A stretch of DNA of 64,000 bases from Carcharhinus amblyrhynchos (Eukaryota): NCBI GenBank assembly GCA_965287045.1, contig OZ336885.1, positions 36,890,001-36,954,000 on the forward strand. The letters are read 5' to 3'. A model generated the notes under the pieces. The model saw nothing but the letters and a program-made list of their open reading frames with translations. It did not search any database and had not been told where the DNA came from. How positions within the stretch are numbered: position 1 is the first letter of the stretch; each line of letters starts with the position of its first letter. Both the position numbers and the translations under genes were made by a program. Shown here piece after piece: positions 37,881 to 51,969 of the stretch.

Positions 37881-40021
37881 ATTTTTGCAGAGTCGGGAAG
37901 ACTCGACAGATCTTTAAGAATGGCAGGCAGGACCTGGATACAGAGGTCCTGCTCCCCTTTCCAATAGATTCAATTTTTGCCAGTAGGGGAAAGAGTCGCG
38001 GTGTGATTTGTACAGGTCAGAAACCCAAACTCAGTGGGAACATTTAAACTTAGTACTGAATTCAAACAGACTCGTTTTGGTTGTTCCAATTATTTAAACT
38101 TTCATTGTGGGAGGCATAAATTTAGGGAATAGTGATAAGCATTCTTGACAGTCATATGTAGCATGTTTAAGTGTCAGGAATGTTTTTAAAATTCCCTGCT
38201 CTTTAAACTTAGAAAAATTAGGCTCAAGCTACTAATGAGAGTTCAAAAAAATACCACCTACTGGATTACTTTGATTGACAGGCCATCTGCTTTAGGTTAG
38301 AATAAACTAACCATCTGTTCCACAATTTCAATAGAATTCTTTATGGACATTTTTCGAGAGCTGTTATCATTATGAATGATTGACTGAGTTTCAAATGTTG
38401 GTAAGGAGGGGGCGAGGGGCAGAGCACCTAACATCTTCCAAGACAAATATACCTTCTAATTAGCCCACATAATTTACTGGATTGGTGGGCACAAGTTGAT
38501 CCTGTCCCCATCTCTCCCTAGTAAAATGAATCCTTTCAACTTAAGTGGATTATCAAGTTGATACATTTCCATTACAGTAATGAATACACATCCCTCAGCA
38601 TTGTTTAAAAATTTCAGTATACAATTATTAATTCATTAGTCCATCATATCAATATATATTCCAATTATCCGATAGGTTTACAGCATACAATCAGATAATA
38701 TTATGGATAGGATACTAAGCAATCAATCAGGAATGGTTAGAGAGCTTATCAGAGCAAAATACATGAGTGAAACTGAAAAGGTGAGACCATAGTGTTAAAT
38801 AAAATGTTAGGTTGCCAATGAAAATGGGGTATTTGGATTTGAAACCTTGATGACAAAATGTATAATTTTATGCTCAAAGAACTAAATTAACAAATTTTCT
38901 TCAGAAGGTAAATCAGCGCTCAGTGTCATTGCTTAACTTTGAGAAAGAGATGAAGATGTCTTAAAGAAATCTAAGGAACAAGAACATAAAAGAACAACAG
39001 AAAGGAAATTTCCAGGGATAATAAGATTGGAAAATTAAAATATTTGGGCTCTAATCATACCACATAAAGGTGGTGATTATTGTTGGCTTGTCTGCTTGCT
39101 AAAAAGCTGACCACGATAAGGCCTTCAGCTGAAATGCTGCTTTAGCCAGTGTTTCCCACAAAAAATCCTTTGGTGAAGGGGCTGACTAGGAATGCTCCCC
39201 CTCAAATGATCATCAAGGGGCTAATTGCCAATTAAATTGCTTCTAGCACTCATTAAGATGGCTACACAACACTTTGTTAATTCAAACACTATTGTCACCA
39301 CTCTCTCTTAACAGCTGACTGGGAATGAACAAGTGCAGTGTAAAAGTACAACCACTAGTTTTTAGTGCCTGATCCATTCATAACAGTAATCAGTTTGATT
39401 TTAAATATTAAATTTATATTATGTCAAAAAATCTCAAGAATGAACTGTACAAAGAAGAATTTTGGAATACAGTATCTGCTATTTTTCTGGGCAGACCTGT
39501 TTGCTTGTCTAAGCATTGCTATAACTGGTCTCAGGATCACTTGATCTGGGAGAGCTCAAACTTAGTCCTGAAACACTGCAAAGTTAAATACATGAACATT
39601 GAGCACATGAACTAGGCAAAAACAGCAATCACATCTCATCAAAGCCTTCAAAAGGAGAAAAAGAATGGGGCTAAGTTGACTAATATAAGTTGGTTAAAAA
39701 TATACTCTGGACCTTTCAAACAAATCAAAAGGACCTAGTTAGATTTAATAATGAGAACTGAAGTGAGAAAAGAAACTATCAGTTTGAAATTATAAGTGAA
39801 AAGAAGTGTTTTTTGTATATCTGGTGATATCCATCCAATGACATGAAAGGAACTTTGGGAGGAAACAGTGCGAGTGCTGGCAGGAACATTTTATCATAGC
39901 TCAGAGACAATGGTAAAACAGCTGACATAACAACACACTTGAGAAAAAGATTATCTCAAAGATTAGTTTTGGGAATGTGCTGGAGGTTCTTATAAGAAGT
40001 ATGATTAAAGGCAATTTGACT

Positions 40022-40560
40022 CTTTTTTTAAAAAAATTAATTCATGGGCCGTGGGCATCGCTGGCTAGGCCTGTATGTATTCCCAAATCTGATTGCCCTT
40101 GAGAAGATGGTGGTAAGCTGCCATCTTGAACTGCTGCAAGCCCTGTGATGCAGGTGCACTCACAGTGCTGTTTGGGAGGGAGCTCCAGAATTTTGACGCA
40201 GCCATAGTTATGGAACGGTGATATATTTCCAAGTCAGGATGATGAGTGACTTGGAGAGGAACATTCAGGTGGTAGTGTTCCCATTTGTCTGCTGCCTCTG
40301 TCCTTCTAGATGATAGTGGTCGTGAGTTTGAAAAGTTAAAGATTATTTATTAGTCACTTAGGCTTATATTAACACTGCAGTGAAGTTACTGTAAAAATCC
40401 TGAGTCGCCAGACTCTGGCACCTGCTGACACTGTGCGTCAGTGGTGGTGGGAATTAATGTTTTGTGGACAGGATGCCAATCAAGTGGGCTGCTTTGTCCT
40501 GGATGGAACTTCAAGTTTTGTTGGAGCTCTACTCATCCAGACAAGTGGTGAATATTCCAC
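40022..40560 (-). mobile_element. LINE-X 3' fragment with an inserted type-B SINE tail (~40335-40425)
   Basis: Homologous to 31068-31560. The internal segment ATTATTTATTAGTCAC..AGGCTTATATTAACACTGCAGTGAAGTTACTG is the type-B tail. Confidence 0.82.
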
Positions 40561-40867
40561 TAGATATAAAATGGAACACAATAAGCAAGTTCAAAGTTTG
40601 CGCTTGGTAATTCAAATCTAACACATTCACAAGTTCATACTTCTGCATTAATTATCAACTAAAATGCAATGAATGTCATCCATTCAGATCTCTGGCAGAA
40701 CTTAGAAGATTCATCAAAGGAAAATTGTTGAGAAGTTTTAAAAAGGAAGACATAATTAAAGTGATTTAAAAGGTAAAGAACAGTTATGAATGGGAAATAA
40801 TCCAGATAGAAATAAAAGGCTAACTTAGGGCTTGAGGAACATGTGACCATATGAAAAAGGGAGAATA

Positions 40868-41180
40868 GGCATGTGGTCAGCACTGCTGCCTCACAGCGCC
40901 AGAGACCCAGGTTCAATCCTGGCCTTGGGTGACTGTCTGTGTGGAATTTGCACATTGTCCCCATGTCTGTGTGGGTTTCTTCCGGGTGCTCTGGTTTCCT
41001 CCCACACTCCAAAGATCTGTGGGTTAGATGGATTGGCCATGCTGAATTGCCCCTTAGTGTCAGGGGGATAAGCAGGGTAAATATGTGAAGTTATGCAGAA
41101 TAGGTCCTGGGTGGGATTGTGGTCAGTGCAGACTCAATGGGCCAAATGGCCTCATTCTAAACTGAAAGGATTCTATGATT
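40868..41180 (+). mobile_element. HE1 V-SINE type A
   Basis: Head, V-domain and tail GGATTCTATGATT. Confidence 0.9.
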
Positions 41181-41560
41181 TGGCCCCTCGAGCCTGCTCT
41201 GCCATTTAATAAGATTGTGGTTCATCTGATAGTAATCTCAAATCTGCATTGCACTTACGCATGATAATCTATTACCTCCTTGCTCACCATGATGTCTTTA
41301 AAATATTATAAGATTTTGGGCAGGATTTTCAGGCTGCAAGCGCCCCAAGACTGGGAATTCCCACCTGAGGTCAATGCTCCTTTAACTGGTCTGCCAAATT
41401 TTCTGTCCTACACGCTACAGCTCCCATGGTGGGTGCAATGGAAAAATTCCACCCTCTGTTTTCATTGCCTTTTCAGGAAGAGAGTTTCAAAGATTAACGA
41501 CTGTCTGAGTGCAAACAATACACCTCACCTCTGTTTTAAATGAGTGACCCCTTATTTTAA
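41180..41560 (-). mobile_element. CR1 3'UTR fragment interrupted by a ~137-bp MITE (41318-41455)
   Basis: CR1 tail GGCCCCTCGAGCCTGCTC..CCATTTAATAAGAT. The MITE has ends GGGCAGGATTTTC / GAAAAATTCCACCC. Confidence 0.65.
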
Positions 41561-44500
41561 TATGTGTGTGTTTGTGTGTGTTTTTTTCTACACAACACAA
41601 CCATAAGTCATGTCAGAGCATTTAGTCCTCATCACGCAGTGGTCACCATGTGGTTAACCACAGTGGCTCCACTGCAGCTTGCACAGTGGAAAGCTGCAGA
41701 ACGAAGAGATCAGGATTGCTGCTGAGATATTGGGCATTGACCAGAACGATTCCCCACCTGTGATGACATATTGAAGAAATGAAATTTATTTTGGTTGACA
41801 TGTTGCACCTACATAGTGATGCAAAGTAAATAGCATCCTGCAATCCTAGTTAAGCTTGCTTCACCTGCTTCGCTACAGCAAGGAACCATATTCACGAATG
41901 TTCATCACCTTCCCAGACACTGGCAATGTGATCTTTTCCCTTCCTCAGATTGGAGATCTGCCTGCAGCCAGTGACAGATTTCAGTGAGGACACCTTAGTG
42001 CAATGCAGATGTCTATCAGTATTCCTTGCTGGGGCACACACAGGCAAATTGCTCGCTAAACACATTGAGCAGATAGAGCTCTTCTCCCCTTCCTCCACCT
42101 TCCAGCAGTTTGTCGTGTTCTGTGTGGCCTCCGTTTCGTCTTTCCAACATGTGTTTTTCTAAGATGCCCATGTCTGTAAGGAACTGCTTTGTGTGGAAGT
42201 CTTGAGTCAGTCAAAGTTCTTCAGTGCCTGCCACTCCGCTCCTTGTTGTAGTCTATTGCAAATTTATACCACTATAGAAAGCAGCAAATGCAAGTAGAAT
42301 TGAAACGATGGCCAGAAGAAATCAGTGACTAACTAACCTGGAAGTAGTTGATGATCCTTTGAAATAATACTGGTGTGGCATTCTTCCTGTTGCATGAATG
42401 AAGGTTCAGCTGTGCAAGGCTAAGAGAGGACTGAAACAATGAACTCCAAAAATTAGCACCCTCATTGATACGGCATCCAATACGATTTATCCCAAACGTA
42501 TGCGCAGAGCAAGTGCCATTTTAGTCCTATAACAGCACACAAAGAGCTCACTGGTCTAGATTCTAATGCTGCACTTGAGCTTACAATCTACAGTGCTGAC
42601 CCTTACAAAATGTGAAACGTGAAGAAATTGAGAATGTGAAGTAACGCAACATCAAACCTTACTGGTAGCGAAATGCTGCAACCAAGGCGACAAATGAAAT
42701 TGTAAAGTGCACCATAAATACTTCAGAATAAATGTTCAAGGGAACAATGTCTTAGTTGAAAATAATCAGTACCAGAATGCAACAATAAGAAACTACTAAG
42801 TTATTTAAGGTTTCGACAGCCATCTCAGTCCAATGATAGCGCAATGTAGCCTTCTTTAGTCATGGGCCCAAAGAGTGAGTATCACCAGGTAAGTTAACCA
42901 TAAGTATCCCAGTTGAATCAGGTGGGCACACCTTTCATCAGCAGTAACTAGATAGTGATTAAAAGGGGAATGCAAGGTGATTTTCTTTCTGTTTGGGTCA
43001 TAGATATTGTGTCTAACCATAGTCACCACCCCGCCATCCATCCCACCTCAACGATCTGCTTGGTAAATCAGCAGTGGTCAGAAATTGAAACATTATGGTC
43101 TTTATAGTTAGGTAACAGACTATCTACAACTGAGTCCTGGAGGAGCGTGGAACTAAGCAGGTTTTGCTGAATGTATTTAAACGTTTCTTCGCAGGTTGGA
43201 TTTCTATTCTGAAAGGCAGCCAAGATTTAAATGCATATGCTACTACAATAAAACAGTGAGACTTAGCTTCTCCCGTGCACAGGCAACACCACAAGTTCTA
43301 TCAGATTGTAAAACTCCAGGGTCTACATAGTTAGCTTCACCACAAAAGCTTTAGTGGAACCATAATGAGGTGCGCAAAGTTCTTTGAACAGTGCCCAGAT
43401 AGAATATCACTTTGATCGCTAGTCCAAGGAGAGATGAAAAATGGCACTTTCGGTATTAATCTGTGATTAATAATTATGCATAGAATATGCAAAAATATTC
43501 CAATCGCCTTTTGAAAACTTCCAAAGAAAATAATGACTTCATCAGATTAATGCTGATAGGGATGCAGTGTTTACTTAAAATACCTAATGAACTACACAAC
43601 CGTATTTCAAAAACACCTCATGAGGTAAAACTATGAGGATCTGGGGAGTCGAGTCCATTGCGTTTTCCTTTCTAAGAAACATGTGCAAAGATATCACCTT
43701 TTATCCTTGAAACTGTCTTTCAGAAATGATGCAGGATTTGCATTTTTACCTAAACTGTAGGAGTTTCTGCTTTGTACGCTTGTAAGTACTTGAGGCTTGA
43801 CTTCCCCCATGCCAGTTAATGCTACTGATTGTAAGTCCCCAACTGTGGACATAAAAGAGGGTTTAACACAACAGCATTTAGTGATTCTCCCCATTCCCTT
43901 CACTCTGCCCGAGTGCCAGCCGTTACAACGACATTTACAGTGTCTTCAGTTACTCTGAGGAAACATTGGGAAAATTCTGAATATTTTGTGATGAGCTAGT
44001 TAACTCTCTCAAAACTCAGCAGTGTGGACAAGATAGAAAGTACAAAACATTTAGAAAATTGTTGAAAAAATATTAACCGTAGCAGATTCTTGGTACTGGC
44101 CAGGCAGGGAACCACAAAGTGAGTTGTGTTTGGCCTCAAGTTGAAGATCAGGAAAAGAAATACAGGATAATTCAACCTTGGAGGAGCAAGCTATGACCCA
44201 TCTCCCATCCGTATCAAGTACAAAATGGCAGCTGTGGCAAAATTAAAGGCTTGACTTCAGTGTTGTTAATTCATTTGCATGTCATTTAAAGAGGGGAGGG
44301 GCTTACGCTAAGTGAAAAGGAAAGGGTGGTTTCTTCACAACATTAACTCAATACATCTAATGCTGTTTTTAGTACCAAAAACAGAATCAGCAACCAATCT
44401 GAGACAAAATGGCTGGTCTGTGAAACTTCTGACCAGATTAAAGCCTTTTGTGAATCAGGCAGCTTCAAATTGGTCTTCAAAGCCATCTTTGAACTAAGAT

Positions 44501-44937
44501 TGGGAAATCTGATACATATGGAACTTACTATCTTCTCACACATGAAAAACAGCTACAACAGCAGTAAACAGTAATTTATGGGGACATCGCAATTACCATT
44601 TTTGCACTAAATCTAAACTTGTTACCTAACCCAAGATGCCCACATAATGTGTAAAACTATTTGAGGCAGAAGCCCCAACTTTGTATTGTTAAGACCAAGA
44701 TCCAAGTCACCAAATGCAATCTTGGCTGTAATTTTTCTCCTAGTTTGCTTTCTTCATCTGCGTTGGGGCTTTAATTCCCAGGGTGAGGAAGGGCATGGAC
44801 ACAATGGATTTTCCACAAGAGAACAGGAATTTGGGAGTAGAACTTGCTTCTGCTCCATTCTAAATTCCAATCTGGGATGGGGGAAGCAGTCTGATGAGTT
44901 TTCTGTCCTCTCCTATTACATCTGGCAGAGACTTTGA

Positions 44938-45240
44938 GGGCACCACGATGGCACAATGGTTAGCACTGCTGCCTCACAGTGCCAGGGACCCAGGTTCAAT
45001 TCCAGCTTCGGGTGGCTGTCTGTGTGGAGTTTGCACATTCTCCCTGTTTCTGCGTAGGTTTCTTCCCACAGTCCAAAGATGTGCAGGTTGGGTGGATTGG
45101 CCATGCTAATTTTTGCCGAAATGTCAGGAAGGTTAGCAGGGTAAATACATGGGGTTAGAGCCTGGGTGGGATTGTGGTCACTGCAGACTCGATGGGCCAA
45201 ATGGCCTTCTTCTGCAGGTAGGGATTCTACGATTCTATAA
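44938..45240 (+). mobile_element. HE1 V-SINE type A
   Basis: Head GATGGCACAATGGTTAGCACTGCTGCC and tail GGATTCTACGATTCTAT. Confidence 0.9.
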
Positions 45241-45907
45241 AGTCCCAGGCCACCCAAAGAAATCCAGCCTGTCCATCCAATAAAAATCTGATGTAGGTGC
45301 AATGCTGCACCTTAAAGGCTTCAAGGCTGCCTGAAAGAAGAACAAATGATTCTAGATAGACTCTGCCGTGCCTTTACAGGTGTGATAATCCACCTTGTTT
45401 CCTCTTCCTTCACATGAGACCCTCTAACAACCAACTTCCTGTCACTTACCTGCAAGCAGGTGGATGTCCAATGATAACTGGGTCTTCACCTGCCTGGCAG
45501 CTGCTGGGCACCCCCTTCTTGTGGACCATGAAACATTAAAACCAGCCCAAAACTGAGGCTTGGGCCCGTGAATGTATTTCAAACTTGCTTGGCCACCCAC
45601 CTGCACCTCTTTGCTCTGGATTGACTACTAATTTCAATGCAAGTCCTTTTCCCACTGTGCTGTAGATCTGGCTTGATAAAGTACAGTCATCGCAAAATAA
45701 ATGCAAAGTTTGGGAACCCTAAGATGGGAAGCTTTGTAAGCAAGGTTAATCAATTCGATAGGGAATTTCACAGGGCCGCAATACTGCAACCACTTAAAAG
45801 CTGTTGCAGCCAATTAGCTGCTGTCATATGAATATAATGAGTAATTTTTGGTTTTGTTATAGGCTAGACTTTCTCAGGACCAAGGCTATCGCTGACAGTG
45901 AGTTTAA

Positions 45908-46192
45908 GGGATGGCATGGTGGCACAGTGGTTAGCACTGCTGCCTCCCAGGACCTGGGTTCAATTCCTGGCTTGGGTCACTGTCTGTGTGTAGGTTCTTC
46001 CTGTGTCTGTTTGCTATTCCTCCGGTTTCCTCCCACAATCTGAAAGACGTGCTGGTTAGCTGCATTGACCATGCTAAATTCTCCCTCAGTGTGCCTGAAC
46101 AAGCGCTGGAGTGTGGCGACTAGGGGATTTTCAAAGTAACTTCATTGCAGTGTTAGTGTTAACCTACTTGTGACTACGAAATAAACTTTAAG
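45908..46192 (+). mobile_element. HE1-like V-SINE type B
   Basis: Head GGCATGGTGGCACAGTGGTTAGC and tail CCTACTTGTGACT..AAATAAACTTTAA. Confidence 0.9.
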
Positions 46193-47643
46193 CTCAGCTT
46201 TCCCACTCAGTAACAAAAAAACTGGATCAAAGGTCTTAATTATTAACAAAAAGTCACGCATCTTTATATCTTTAAAAAAATTTTATGAAGAGATACGAGG
46301 TGAAGTTCAACTTTAACATCCAAGTAAACAGAAACTCCAGTTTTAAAAGATTATTATAAGAAAAACTCAGTTACATTGATTTAAAATAGGTTAACACTTA
46401 CAGAATGAGATTGATACTGATTCCTTTAGCAGCAGTACACTACAAAACCTCTTAACTCCTAAATTGCAGCCACGTCTCAAGTATACAGCTTATAGGTGGA
46501 ATACAGCATCTGCTACACACAGTCACTTAGTTTTATAAATCACTTACTTGTGTGCAAATTAATTTTTAAAGTAAGAATTATGAAGAGAGTTTTACTTGTA
46601 AGGTATTTGACTAAGAGTTATTGGAAAATAGAAGCCATTTCCCCTGATGCACATTATTGAGTAGAATTCTAATAAGCAAGCGTGGGATTTGTTATAGCTG
46701 CTTTATGACAAAGTAAAACCTAGTTGAGGTTTTAGATATGAGAGCATTATAAATGCAAACAAAAGTACAGATTGGTTGTGAATTATACTGACGCATCAAT
46801 CCATTCATGGTAAATATGATTTTCCAATAACACCCCAATTTCAGTTACAGAGTCTGTCAATGAACTGTGTCCACTGTTATAATTAAGATGTGCAAACTCC
46901 AGCAAATACAGGGTAGTCAACATAACAACAAGCTGATTGAGATTAAGTGCAGATATTCAAACAATGGGAAATATTTTGTGGTTTGTAGATAAAGGGACTG
47001 ATTGAGAAGGGCCAGGTTATATTGGGCTCAGCTGAGAATGCTTTGAAAATCACTCTCAGTGGAAAGAATGTGGGATTTATAAAACCTTGATACACATTTC
47101 ATGAGCTATCACAACCTCTTTCCCCCTCAATTCCCTTCCTTAACTTTCTTCTCACAAACGTAAACTCAAACGATTGAGTGGCTGTAAGCAGCCACATGTA
47201 GGTAGGGTGAGAAAAACTGCAGATGATATTAGTCATTGCCAAAAATGTGATATGTATTCTGACGATATTAATAGTTTAACTATTTTTGATTTGAAAAAGT
47301 GTTGATAAGTGTGTTTTATTTCTATGTGAAGGTCAGATGATCTGAATTCTACACCTAGAAGCAGTAAGTTGAATAACCTGCCTTCGTACTATGTGGCATC
47401 TATCGCCACTCAATTCCCATCTATTTTACTGTGGTGCATAACCAGAAAGATCACCATTATTCAGTTCAGATGGTCTGAATTCAAATGCAAAGCTCAAGCA
47501 AAAGCAGAATGTATGTGTGATTTTTTGGGCTATAGGAAACCCGCTCTGATTTAGTGTCTATTTAGGGATGGTTTAGTGCAGTGGGCTACCAGGAACTAGC
47601 GTGAGGCTCCCTCAAACTGATTTCATACAGCACCCTTGTGGCA

Positions 47644-47880
47644 GGAGGTCTTGTAGCACAATGGGTAGTGTCCCTATCTCTGAGCCAGAAGCTCCAGGTT
47701 CGAGTCCCACCCCAGGATTTGATGGTCAAGGAAGGTGCATTCATAACACAGTCAAACAGTTTGAACTTCAACCTGCAAATCTGCCCAACATGCCAATAGC
47801 TGGCAGTAAGAGTGGGACAGACTCCTGGAATGTTGTCCCTTAAGCTATAAGCCCACGGCAACAGACTAGCTACCTGTTTC
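47644..47880 (+). mobile_element. Unclassified tRNA-derived SINE
   Basis: A box TAGCACAATGG and B box GGTTCGAGTCC in a tRNA-like head, followed by a non-tRNA body. No intact acceptor stem. Confidence 0.65.
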
Positions 47881-48019
47881 AGGAATCGCTAGATATGAAA
47901 ACAGATTAAAATCTGCCTTAGTGCAACACTAGGTGCAGGAAGAGAATCGGAATTGGACCCTTGCTGCAGTAGAAAAAGACTTCCATCCAGTCTCAAATCC
48001 CAGAAGTAAGAAATTACTT

Positions 48020-48145
48020 GGGAGAATTTTCCCATCCCGTCCACGGGAATCAGAGCGAGAGAGAGGGGCGAACCATGGAAAGGTCTGTTGACCTCGTGCA
48101 GGATTTTACGATTTTGGGATGAACGGGGCCATAAAATCCCATCCA
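48020..48145 (+). mobile_element. ~125-bp MITE (Harbinger-like TIRs)
   Basis: Ends GGGAGAATTTTC / TAAAATCCCATCC. Colinear with the copies at 15345 and 51844. Confidence 0.7.
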
Positions 48146-49424
48146 TTGCGTCTAACCCAATCCCTAAGAACCTCCAACGGTAGGCTGCCAGTAAATGGAC
48201 ATATTCCAGCACTAACAGAATAAGAAAATATATATTCATCAGCGGAGTAGTGTGTACTTAAAGGAAGAACATTAACAAATTCTAAGCTGTTCTAATGATG
48301 TGTACGAATTATTTGATTTATTCAATGCACTTGTCCAAAATATCACTTTGGACTTAATGCTTGTTGTTATCATTCGGTATTAATTGTCAACACTCAAAAA
48401 AAAATGTGCTAATTTCACTTATTTATTTTCCATGCCAACATGGTAAACTAAATTAAGTTCCAAAACATTGCAAACAGAATTTTTAAAATATTTAAATCAT
48501 ATATTTTTTACATTTAATTCATCAAGCTTACTATTCCCTCAATATAATGCCAGCAGTGGCCTCCCTAAATTATCCTCTTAGAGCAGGAGCCTCCAAACTA
48601 CAGCCCACAGCGAGCTGCATCCAGATCGGAGTTTGGAGACTGCTGTCTTACAGAATAGTCCAGTCCAATGCTGGCATCTCCACATCATATCCAATTAGAA
48701 ATATGAAAATTCAACAGGAGGGGGGCGTTTGACTCAACCTCTGTGCCTACCAAGAAAGAGCTGTCCCACCAATCCCACTTTCTAGTTTCTGGTCTGTAGC
48801 TTTGGAGTTCATGATGGTTCAGATAAATATCCAAATACTTTTAAAGTCAATGATTGAAATGTCAGTGGAGGAAGAAGGGTTAAAGAACCCAAAGAAAAAA
48901 GGAACGCAAGCTTATCCTTACTAACATTGGAAAGTATACGGCTAGAAAAGACTAAGCAGTTCCATCAGGCCAGATACAAAACAAAATGGATTCCAAAGTT
49001 GAACAATGGATCTATTTTGCAATCCCTCGAATTCCATTTACTTCAGTCTTTTTCTTAAGATCATAGCTGTAAGTTTCAAGGTTTACTGCAACAAGTAATA
49101 ACCTTTCATTTTGTAAGACAATGGCTTGCACTCTGATAGTGAACTCTGTATTAAACACTGCCCAATGTGGTTAAAATCACAAGAACACAAGAAAGAGAAG
49201 CAGGAGTAGGCCACCAGATCCTTCAAGCCAGCCCTGCCATTCAATATGGACATGGCTGATCTGTGCTGGCCACAACTCATTTTCTGTGCCATTTCCTTAT
49301 AGCCCTCTCAATCTTGATCTATCAAATATTTATCCACCTCCACTCAGAATACTTCCAATCTATTTACACTCTTCCTTAAATAAGGTGGCCAATTTCACTT
49401 TTGCCCATGAAGGTACACTGTTGA

Positions 49425-50058
49425 AATTAGCACCTCCTAGTTGGTGACCTTGTCTTGCCAAGAGATATCAAGGATACATCTGGGACAGCGAAGGTGGAAA
49501 CTGTTCAGTCTTTTCTCATACCTCCAAGTCTCACCACTGCAGAGGAGTATGATAAAGAAGCAGGCTTGATAGGCTTGCTATTTGGTGTTCTCAGCCAGGT
49601 TGCTGTGGTCCCACATTCGCTTACTCAGCTTGAATATAACAGCTACAGCTTTTGTGATACATGCGCTGATATCAGTACCAAGTGGCAGATTTTTGGTGAT
49701 TGTGGGCATAGATATGTGAAGACATCAACAAGCCCCAACTTCACGTTGTCAATGCTGATAGGTGGCGGTATCATAAAATCCTGTGCTATGACATTTGTCT
49801 TCCTGATGCTTGTGATCAAATCAAATTCTTTACAGACACGAGAGAGTCTGCCCATTGCTGCTGCCAATGTTCCTCATGTTAGTACGACATTATCAGTATG
49901 GAGCAACTTTCTGATGAGGATTGGCTGAACAGTTTTCTGTTAGTTATGGTATATCAGAAGACATCCTCTGTAGATGACCAGAACGCATATGACAGCAACA
50001 AAAAGAAAAATGTGCCCAAGAGTATCAGAGCCAGTTTGAGCTTGCTATGGATCACTGT
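49425..50058 (-). mobile_element. RTE (BovB-like) LINE RT fragment
   Basis: Minus strand MGRLSRVCKEFDLITSIRKTNVIAQD..PPISIDNVKLGLVDVFTYL...RLNSFHLRCPRCILDISWQDKVTN. Confidence 0.85.
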
Positions 50059-50357
50059 GGGTGGCACAGTGACAGAGTGGTTAGCCTCACAGTGCCAGGG
50101 ACCTGGATTTGATTCCCAGCTTGGGTCACTGTTTGTGTGGAGCCTGCACATTCTCCCCTTGTCTGCATGGGTTTCCTCCGAGTGCTCCAGTTTCCTGCCA
50201 CAGTCCAAAAGATGTGCTGGTTATATGCAGCTGGCATACTAAATTCTCCTTCGGCGTACCCAGACAGGCACTGTAGTGCAGTGGCTAGGGGATTTTCACA
50301 GTAACTTCACTGCAGTGTTAATGTAAGCCTACTTGTGACTAATAAAATAACTTTAAA
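50059..50357 (+). mobile_element. HE1-like V-SINE type B
   Basis: Head, V-domain and type-B tail. Confidence 0.88.
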
Positions 50358-51843
50358 AGGTTTCAATGTTGACCCATGATTGCTGATCTTATGTTGATTG
50401 GAAGGAGATCACATTTTCTCCAGGAGTTTAAATAGACTGCTTCTGTACACATGGTTTAATGCCTTGGTGAAATTGATGAAGATAATAGATACAGGTCTCT
50501 GTTGTTCACAGTATTTCTCTTGTAGCTACCAGACTAAGAAAATCATGTCACTTGTAGATTTTCAAGTTCTGAAACATCAGGATTCAGGACAGAAATGAAT
50601 AGAATTGTTAAATGCAATTCCAAAAACACCAGTAAAAAATCTTGGAATTCCATGAAATCAAAGTGGACTATGGCTTATCCCATCACCCTGTTACTGATTT
50701 CTCTCGGCATTCCTCAGCTTCCGTCAATGTCTGCATTCATCTTGTTGTCCTGTATTTTGGGCTTTGGCCCATCACTAGGCTTCTTATCTAATAAGCAAAA
50801 TTGCTAATAGCCAAGGGAAAGCTCGAGGAAGGGAACCAAGAGTGACTTGCTTTCTTAACTTGATTGTTTGCAAAGCCAAATGAAAATATAGCTTTCTAAT
50901 TCTTACGATGCATTCTTCCTTTGCTCAAGATACCTGCCCGTCACAAGAAGGCATTATGTATGAAGAGCAGAAATCAGCATCATGAACATAATGCACTCAC
51001 AATACTAGTCCTTAGTCTTTAATATATCCTCAGAAGAAAGTCCGGTCAGAAATATAGTTAAGCTATATTACAGGCACAGCAGCTTTAAATATGTAATTTA
51101 CATCAATGGAATTTATATTAAGGAAATCATTGCAATAATACTCCTAAATAACAACTTGCCTACTATTCATGATAACCATTGCTGCCATCATAGTATCCAC
51201 GAGTATAAATAACTCAATCGTACGGTCAAATCTCAACATCACAAACTCATGGGAAGTGACAACTTATTTTTTTCAAAGCATTGCTTTATTGAGACTTTGG
51301 AGCTTCAGCAAGTACTAGGGAGTGGCCCTTTATAATGGATGCTTTGTAGCAACAGAATGTGCTATAATGTGATTTGACTGTGACATTATAATCTGTCTCA
51401 TAAATAATAGCCTTACTGTTCACATGAGGTTTGTATTATGATCAATTGCATACATATGATCACCATGCTGTTTGAATCCTTTTTTATTCCACAACGATAA
51501 TGTTATAACTAACACACGCAGCGACAAACAAACTGGAAATGATTCTGGATATCTATGTTAAGCACGAAATTCAGCTAATAGCTGTTCATTAGCTCACTCT
51601 AGTTATTACTACATGTTTAACTATTTTCATTTGCTCTCATTATGCAATCGGTTCAATAGTGTTTGTTTTAGATTGTTTCATCGTTATTAAAAGAGATGCT
51701 TATCACAAAAGATGTATTTTGATGATGCTTTTTTAAGTTGGCAAGTTTTAGCTACCACCCTGTATTCTATTAAAGCAAACAATATATCTTAAAAGCTTTG
51801 CATTCAACGTATCTTCGACAAGGTTGACCGCATCTCCTTCATG

Positions 51844-51965
51844 GTTGGAATTTTACTGTCCCATCTGCCATGGGATTCGGAGCGGGTGAGGGGCCATGGA
51901 AAGGTCAATTGACCTTGGGCGGGATTTTATGGTTTCAGGGTAAGTGAGACCATAAAACCCCGTCC
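51844..51965 (+). mobile_element. ~125-bp MITE (same family as 48020-48145)
   Basis: Ends GGTTGGAATTTTAC / ATAAAACCCCGTCC and the shared interior CCATGGAAAGGTC..TTGACCT. Confidence 0.7.
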
Positions 51966-51969
51966 AATA

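Noticed and set aside
42338-42419. Possible minus-strand cassette exon (ctctcttag|CC TTG...CAG|gttagt) giving ALHS*
   Set aside because: The stop comes after four codons and >50 nt before the junction. There is no homology support, and it is indistinguishable from a chance pseudo-exon.
43663-43678. Adjacent NFAT (TTTTCC) and STAT5 (TTCTAAGAA) motifs suggesting autoregulation
   Set aside because: Such short AT-rich motifs are expected repeatedly by chance in 64 kb, and there is no supporting evidence.
47644-47715. tRNA gene candidate (also the HE1 heads)
   Set aside because: A/B boxes are present but there is no complete cloverleaf, and the sequence continues into a SINE body.
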